A stretch of 64,000 nt of DNA from Gemmatimonadales bacterium. GTDB taxonomy: Bacteria > Gemmatimonadota > Gemmatimonadetes > Gemmatimonadales > GWC2-71-9. The stretch is taken from assembly GCA_035491895.1 (NCBI GenBank), contig DATJJY010000063.1, forward strand, positions 6,593-70,592. The letters run 5' to 3'. Of the stretch, positions 58,650 to 64,000 are shown one piece after another. The position numbers and the translations under genes were made by a program. The notes under the pieces were generated by a model, which was not told the DNA's origin, did no database searches, and saw only the letters and a program-made list of their open reading frames with translations. Within the stretch, counting starts at the first letter, position 1. Each line of letters starts with the position of its first letter.

Positions 58650-61091
58650 ATGCTCGACTTGCTGAGACACGACGTTCGCTACGCCGCCCGCGCGCTCTCG
58701 CGCAGCCCCGTCTTCGCGCTCGTGTCGGTCGTCTCGATCGCCATCGGCGTCGGCGCCACGACGGCCATCGTCACTATCGCGAACACCCTGCTGCTCAGTC
58801 CACCTCCGGGGGTCGGCCACCCCGGGGGCCTCGTGATGCTGGGACGCACGCAGGACGGTCACGGCTTCGATACGTTCTCGTTCCCGACATTCCAGGAATT
58901 CAGCGCGGCCAGGTCGCTGAGCGGCGCCGCCGCCTTGGACCTCGAGCCGAAGGCCGTCAGCCTCATTGGGCCGAATGGCGGCGAGCCGATCCAGGTGACC
59001 GCGGTCAGCGGCAGCCTGTTCGGTGTCCTCGAAGCGCGCCCCGGCCTTGGTCGCTTCTTCACGCCGGAAGATGACCGTGCACCCGGAGGCAATTCCGTCG
59101 TCGTCCTCAGTCACAAATTCTGGGAGCGGCGCTTCGCCGCCGATTCATCGATAGTCGGCCGGCCGATCGTGTTGAACCGGTCGCCGTTCACCGTCATCGG
59201 CGTCGCGCGGGAGCGGTTCCAGGGCCCGTTCGTGGTGGCGCCCGATGCGTGGGTCCCGTTGGCGGCGTCGACGCACCTCGGGACCCCGGCGGCGATCTTT
59301 TCCGAGCGCGGGTCGGTCTGGCTGATCGGCATCGCGCGGCTGGCGCCCGATGCCGGCATCAGCCAGGCACAGGCCGAGCTGTCGGCGATCGCCGCACGAC
59401 AGGCACAGGACTATCCCGATGCGAATGCCGGGAAGGGCGTAGTGGTCGCACCGGCGAGTCTCTTCCCGGCGGACATGCAGGGACCGATCAGCGGGTTCAT
59501 GGCCATGTTGCTCGCCGTCGCCGGGCTCGTCCTCGTCATCGCGACCATCAACGTCGCGGGGATGCTGCTCGCGCGCGCCACCGTCCGGCGGCGGGAAATC
59601 GCCGTGCGGCTCGCACTCGGCGCCTCGCGGGTGCAGCTCGTTACACAGCTCGTCGTCGAGAGCCTGCTGCTCTTCGTGGCTGCGGGAGCGGCCGGGTTGA
59701 TGCTTGCGCGCTGGCTCGTCTCTGGGCTCTTGGCCCTCGTCCCGCGCCTCCCCATGCAGCTCTCGGTCGACCCGCGGCTCGACTGGCGCGTGCTCGGCTT
59801 CGCCCTGGTCCTGTCACTCGCGACGGGGCTCATCGCCGGCCTCGTGCCGGCGCTGCAGACCACGCGCCCCGATCTCGTCCCCACGCTCAAGTCCGGGGAT
59901 GGGAGCGGTGCCGGGCGCCGGCGCCTGCGGCTGCGCAGCGGCTTGCTCGTCGCCCAGATCGCCTTCTCTATGCTGCTCCTGATCGTCGCGGGGCTGTTTG
60001 CGCGCACGCTCGCCCATGCGCGCAGCATCGATCCCGGCTTCGAGCCGCGAGACGTGTCCATCGCCTCGATCGATCTCGGGCTCTCGAACTACAACGAGGA
60101 TCAGGGTCGTCGTGTGGCCGCGGCGATCCTGGAGCACACGCGCGTGCTGCCGGGTGTTCGCACCGCGGGGCTCTCGGCGATGTTGCCACTCGACGGCGGT
60201 GGGCTGGGGTTGGGGGAGATCACCGTCCCGGGTCGCGAGCCGCCCGACCCACGCGCCGGATGGCGCGCCGACTGGAACATCGTGACGCCCGGCTATTTCG
60301 CGACGCTGGGTATTCCGATCGTACGAGGCCGCGACTTCGCCGACCAGGACCGCACCGGCGTGGGGGACGTCGCGATTGTCAACGAATCCTTCGCCGCCGC
60401 CCTGTTCCCGGGTGAGGATCCCATCGGGCGCACCCTGACGAACGAGGGCCGCAACGTCACGGTGATCGGCGTCGCGCGCAACGCGAAGTACCGCTCGCTC
60501 GGCGAGCAGCCACGCAACTTCATCTACATGACGCTGGGGCAGCGCTACTTCGGCCGCATCCACCTGCTGATCAAGACGGCCCCAGGCGCCCCAGCGGCGG
60601 GAGGAGCGGTCCGCAGCATCGTGGCCGGGATCGATCCGTCACTGCCAATCCTGCGGCAGCAGACGATGTTGGAGCAGACCGCCACGTCGTTGTTCCCGCA
60701 GCGATTGGCGCTCTACGTCTCGGGCGGGCTTGGCGCGGTGGCGCTGCTGCTCGTGCTGATCGGGATCTATGGTGTGACGGCGTTCAGCGTCGCGCAGCGC
60801 ACCAGGGAGATCGGCGTGCGGGTGGCGTTGGGCGCGCAGCGGTCACACGTGCTGGCCATGGTAGTGCGCCAGGGCTTGGTCCTGGTGGGGATCGGCGTGA
60901 TGCTGGGCTCGCTCGCGGCATTCGCCGCAACGCGATTGATCCGCGACCTGCTCTACGGCGTGCCGCCAACCGATGGTGTGGCGTTGAGCGCCGCCGCCGC
61001 GCTACTCGCGCTCGCGGCGCTCGTGGCCAGCTGGATTCCCGCTCTCCGCGCGGCGCGTCTCGATCCAGTCATCGCGCTACGCAGCGAGTAA
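58650..61091 (+). CDS. ADOP family duplicated FtsX/MacB-type permease (no N-terminal cytoplasmic helix)
   Basis: It begins directly at MLDLLRHDVRYAARALSRSPVFALVSVVSIAIGVGATTAIVT. There are two periplasmic domains and two FtsX modules. It ends IPALRAARLDPVIALRSE. Confidence 0.9.
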   Translation: MLDLLRHDVRYAARALSRSPVFALVSVVSIAIGVGATTAIVTIANTLLLSPPPGVGHPGGLVMLGRTQDGHGFDTFSFPTFQEFSAARSLSGAAALDLEPKAVSLIGPNGGEPIQVTAVSGSLFGVLEARPGLGRFFTPEDDRAPGGNSVVVLSHKFWERRFAADSSIVGRPIVLNRSPFTVIGVARERFQGPFVVAPDAWVPLAASTHLGTPAAIFSERGSVWLIGIARLAPDAGISQAQAELSAIAARQAQDYPDANAGKGVVVAPASLFPADMQGPISGFMAMLLAVAGLVLVIATINVAGMLLARATVRRREIAVRLALGASRVQLVTQLVVESLLLFVAAGAAGLMLARWLVSGLLALVPRLPMQLSVDPRLDWRVLGFALVLSLATGLIAGLVPALQTTRPDLVPTLKSGDGSGAGRRRLRLRSGLLVAQIAFSMLLLIVAGLFARTLAHARSIDPGFEPRDVSIASIDLGLSNYNEDQGRRVAAAILEHTRVLPGVRTAGLSAMLPLDGGGLGLGEITVPGREPPDPRAGWRADWNIVTPGYFATLGIPIVRGRDFADQDRTGVGDVAIVNESFAAALFPGEDPIGRTLTNEGRNVTVIGVARNAKYRSLGEQPRNFIYMTLGQRYFGRIHLLIKTAPGAPAAGGAVRSIVAGIDPSLPILRQQTMLEQTATSLFPQRLALYVSGGLGAVALLLVLIGIYGVTAFSVAQRTREIGVRVALGAQRSHVLAMVVRQGLVLVGIGVMLGSLAAFAATRLIRDLLYGVPPTDGVALSAAAALLALAALVASWIPALRAARLDPVIALRSE

Positions 61092-61112
61092 GGGTCCAGC
61101 GCGGGCCGCGCC

Positions 61113-63707
61113 TCAGTCTTGCAGCAGTGCCGTCAGCGCCCGGATACGCGTCGCGCGCTGCGCCGGGAGATAGCCCGCCAGCAGCGCCGCCAGCACCAGC
61201 ACGGCCGTCACCGCGGCGAGCGTCGCGGGATCGGTCGGCTTCACCTCGAACAACGACTTGGAGAGGACACTGGTCAGGGCCAGTGAGCCGAGGATACCGA
61301 GCGCGGCGCCCACGAGCGCCAGCGCGGCGGTGCGCCGCAGGACCATGCGGAGCACGTTCCCGGGAGTTGCGCCGAGCGCGATGCGCAGGCCGATCTCGCG
61401 GGTGCGCTCCGTGACGTCGTAGGCGAGCACCCCGTACGTGCCGAGCGCGGCGAGCAGGAGCGCCAGGATCGCGAAGGCCGTCAGCAGGCGCATCTGGAAG
61501 ACCGGCTCCGCGATCGTGTCCAGCATCGACTCGTCCATCGTCTGCAGCGCCTGGGCCGGTACCGCCGGGTCGACGTCGCGCAACGCGGCCCGCATCTCCG
61601 GCGCGAGGTTTCCGGCCTGCGGCGCGGGCCGAACCACGAACGTCATGTGACTGATGAAGAACGGCAGGGTCGTCTGGAGATACGGCAGGTAGATCGTGGA
61701 GTGTCGGCTCAGGTGCTCGTCCTGCACGACATCGTTGACGACGCCGATGACGGAGAGCCAGTCGTTCGGACCCGGGTGATCCTGCATCGAGATCCGTTTG
61801 CCGACGGCGCTCTGGTTGGGCCAGATCCGCCGGGCCACTGCTTCACTCACTACCACCACCCCCGGCGCGCCCGCCCGGTCGGCCGCGGTGAAGTCGCGCC
61901 CTGCAAGCATCCGGATCCCCAGCGCGCCGAAGTAGCCCGGACTCACCGTCGTCTTGTCGACGGTGTAGCCGTGCGGCAGCGGCGTCGGACTCTCCGCCTG
62001 GAAGTCACCCATGATCCCCATATCGCTCATGGGGCGGAACGACACGGCGCCGACGGCACGCGCCCCGGGGATCCGGGCCAACCGCTCCAGCAGCGCGGTA
62101 TGGAACGCCTGCATGCGGGCGGCGTCGGGGAAGGCGATCGGCGGCAGATCGACCGCCATCGTCACGACGCGCGACGCATCGTACCCGGTGTCGAGCGAGC
62201 GCATGATGAGGAAGCTCTTGATCATGAGTCCGGCGCCGGTGAGGAGAATCAGCGCCAGGGCGATCTCGCCGGTCACGAACACGGAGCGCAGGCGATAGTG
62301 CGGCCCGCCCATGAGTCGCATGCCCTGACCGAGCGCCTCCTGTGGCTCGCGGCGCGCGCCGCTCTTCGCCGGCACCAGGCCGAAGAGAATGCCCGTGATC
62401 AACGAGACGGCGAGGGTGAAGAGGAGCACCCACCCGTTCACCTGCACTTCGTCGACGCGTGGAATGCGCCCGGCGGGCGCCATCGCGAGCAGTCCTCGCA
62501 CACCGGCGAACGCTACGAGAATGCCGAACGCGCCGCCGATCAACCCGATCAATACACTCTCTGTCAGGAGCTGCCGCGCGATGCGTCCGCGGCTCGCGCC
62601 GAGCGCGACGCGCACCGCCATCTCGTGCCGCCGCGTAGCGGCGCGAATCAAGAGGAGGTTGGCGACGTTGGCGCAGGCGATCAGCAACACGAAGAGGACG
62701 GCGCCGGCAAGCACCAGCAACGACGTCCGCACGTGACTCGTCAACGTCTGCTTGAGCGGGATGATCGCCGCCGCTGGATGTGATCCTGCGGTTCGCGGGT
62801 CTTGCGGCATCGCGCCGGCGATCGCCTCCAGCTCGCTCTTCGCCTGATCCGGCGTCGCGCCGGCGCGCAGCCGCCCGACGACCGGGAAGATGAAGGAGTT
62901 GCCGGCATCGAGTCGCAGCGCGAGCGGGGTCCACAACTCGGAAGCGGCGGGGAAGGTAAACCCGCGCGGCATCACGCCGATCACCGTGCGGGGGATGCCG
63001 TCGAGTGTAATCGTCGCGCCGAGGACGCTACGATCGCCGTTGAACCGGGTGCGCCAGAGGCGGTCGCTCAGAATGACGACCTGGTCGGTGCCCGCTTGAT
63101 CCTCCTGGGGAGTGAAGGCTCGCCCCAGCGCGGGCTGCACGCCCAGCACTTCGAAGAAGTTCGCGCTGGCGCGCGCGCCCGCCAGACGGGTCGCGTCCCC
63201 GGCACCACTGAGCGTCAACGCCTGTCGCTGGTAGCCCGCGACCTGCTCGAACCGGGACACATGCCCGCGATACTCGAGGTACAGCCGGTCGTCGAGCCCC
63301 GGCGGTAGCTCGAACGGTAGGTCGGCCGGGAGATAGGAAGCGGCGTACAGCCGCCCCGGGTCACGGAACGGCAACGGTGCCAGGAGGACGCTGTTCACGA
63401 CCGTGAACACCGCGCTGTTGGCGCCGATCGCGAGCGCGAGAGTGGCCACGGCGACGGCGGTGAAGGCTGGCGTGCGGCGCAGCGCGCGCCACCCGTAACG
63501 CAGATCCTGGGCGAGGCGCTCGAGCCAGAGCGCTGGTCCGCGCTGCGCCTCGCGCGTCACCTCCGCGACGTGGGTGACGTTGCCGAACTCTCGGCGCGCG
63601 GCGCGCTCGGCCTCCTCGCGCGATGCGCCGCGCGCCATCCGGTCGGCGATGGCCATGCGCAGATGCGCGGCGATCTCTTCCTGCAGCTCCTCGTCGCGCC
63701 GGCTCAC
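61113..63707 (-). CDS. ADOP family duplicated FtsX/MacB-type permease
   Basis: GTG start at 63707 (GTGA overlap with the padR stop). The N-terminal helix is EELQEEIAAHLRMAIADRMARGASREEAERAARREFGN, then LRRTPAFTAVAVATLALAIGANSAVFTV. The FtsX modules are duplicated. Confidence 0.9.
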   Translation of the reverse strand: MSRRDEELQEEIAAHLRMAIADRMARGASREEAERAARREFGNVTHVAEVTREAQRGPALWLERLAQDLRYGWRALRRTPAFTAVAVATLALAIGANSAVFTVVNSVLLAPLPFRDPGRLYAASYLPADLPFELPPGLDDRLYLEYRGHVSRFEQVAGYQRQALTLSGAGDATRLAGARASANFFEVLGVQPALGRAFTPQEDQAGTDQVVILSDRLWRTRFNGDRSVLGATITLDGIPRTVIGVMPRGFTFPAASELWTPLALRLDAGNSFIFPVVGRLRAGATPDQAKSELEAIAGAMPQDPRTAGSHPAAAIIPLKQTLTSHVRTSLLVLAGAVLFVLLIACANVANLLLIRAATRRHEMAVRVALGASRGRIARQLLTESVLIGLIGGAFGILVAFAGVRGLLAMAPAGRIPRVDEVQVNGWVLLFTLAVSLITGILFGLVPAKSGARREPQEALGQGMRLMGGPHYRLRSVFVTGEIALALILLTGAGLMIKSFLIMRSLDTGYDASRVVTMAVDLPPIAFPDAARMQAFHTALLERLARIPGARAVGAVSFRPMSDMGIMGDFQAESPTPLPHGYTVDKTTVSPGYFGALGIRMLAGRDFTAADRAGAPGVVVVSEAVARRIWPNQSAVGKRISMQDHPGPNDWLSVIGVVNDVVQDEHLSRHSTIYLPYLQTTLPFFISHMTFVVRPAPQAGNLAPEMRAALRDVDPAVPAQALQTMDESMLDTIAEPVFQMRLLTAFAILALLLAALGTYGVLAYDVTERTREIGLRIALGATPGNVLRMVLRRTAALALVGAALGILGSLALTSVLSKSLFEVKPTDPATLAAVTAVLVLAALLAGYLPAQRATRIRALTALLQD

Positions 63708-64000
63708 GGCTCATTCCCGCGCGGTGCGGGGGGCGCCAGGACCGCGCCGATCGCGCGGCTCAGCTGCTCCCATTGCGATCGCTCGCGCGCCAGCTGCTTC
63801 CTGCCCTCCACCGTCAGGCGGTAGACCCGCACGCGCTGCTTGTTCTCGGACGTGCTCCACTCGGCGGCGATCCATCCCTTGCGCTCGAGCCGGTGCAGGG
63901 CGGGGTAGAGGGAGCCGGTGTCGACCTGCAGGACGTCCTCGGACGATGCGCGGATGGCCTGGGCGATACCGTAGCCGTGGCTCGGTCCCCAGCGCAGGGT
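63704..64000 (-). CDS. PadR family transcriptional regulator, 5' partial
   Basis: Hand translation of the reverse strand from the window end gives TLRWGPSHGYGIAQAIRASSEDVLQVDTGSLYPALHRLERKGWIAAEWSTSENKQRVRVYRLTVEGRKQLARERSQWEQLSRAIGAVLAPPAPRGNEP, with stop TGA at 63706-63704. It is not in the ORF track because the start is outside the window. Confidence 0.85.
   Translation of the reverse strand, partial: TLRWGPSHGYGIAQAIRASSEDVLQVDTGSLYPALHRLERKGWIAAEWSTSENKQRVRVYRLTVEGRKQLARERSQWEQLSRAIGAVLAPPAPRGNEP

Overview
This is a high-G+C segment (about two-thirds G+C by eye, not computed) from a diderm bacterium. It is almost fully coding: I support about 58 CDS. I recognised no rRNA, tRNA, CRISPR array, transposase, integrase or prophage. 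The gene content suggests Gemmatimonadota or Acidobacteriota, but that is inference only. It rests on three PadR-associated 'ADOP' duplicated orphan FtsX-type permeases, CarboxypepD_reg-fused TonB receptor and VWA proteins, and many secreted peptidases and glycosidases.

Main blocks:
- 0.6-4.4 kb: Na+/solute symporter and a GH20 hexosaminidase.
- 5.7-13 kb: a molybdenum-hydroxylase operon (2Fe-2S, Mo and FAD subunits). A secreted fucosidase and a VWA protein interrupt it, and the FAD subunit carries a Cys-rich insertion like that of 4-hydroxybenzoyl-CoA reductase.
- 14.3-21.6 kb: five genes chained by GTGA overlaps, in the order Hpt-REC, membrane HEAT-repeat protein, processive GT2 synthase, TPR + glycosidase-like protein, TPR + beta-barrel porin. 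I read this as a synthase-dependent exopolysaccharide system with an accessory and regulatory set I cannot match to a characterised system. It is my best candidate for something new.
- 23.8-32.6 kb: fabH, S9 and M1 peptidases, pbpC and an amino-acid dehydrogenase.
- 32.7-37.7 kb: agmatinase-family enzyme, PD40 lipoprotein and a TonB-dependent receptor.
- 37.7-58.5 kb: about 27 co-directional minus-strand housekeeping or accessory genes.
- 54.7-64 kb: PadR/ADOP modules.

At the DNA level, several intergenic regions are built from tandem heptanucleotide repeats arranged as inverted arrays, and one 29-nt arm recurs at a second locus. A perfect 25-bp palindrome lies upstream of padR. There is one isolated AT-rich promoter island. 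At least 16 gene junctions are NTGA start/stop overlaps. All family assignments come from motif recognition by eye. No database search was run.
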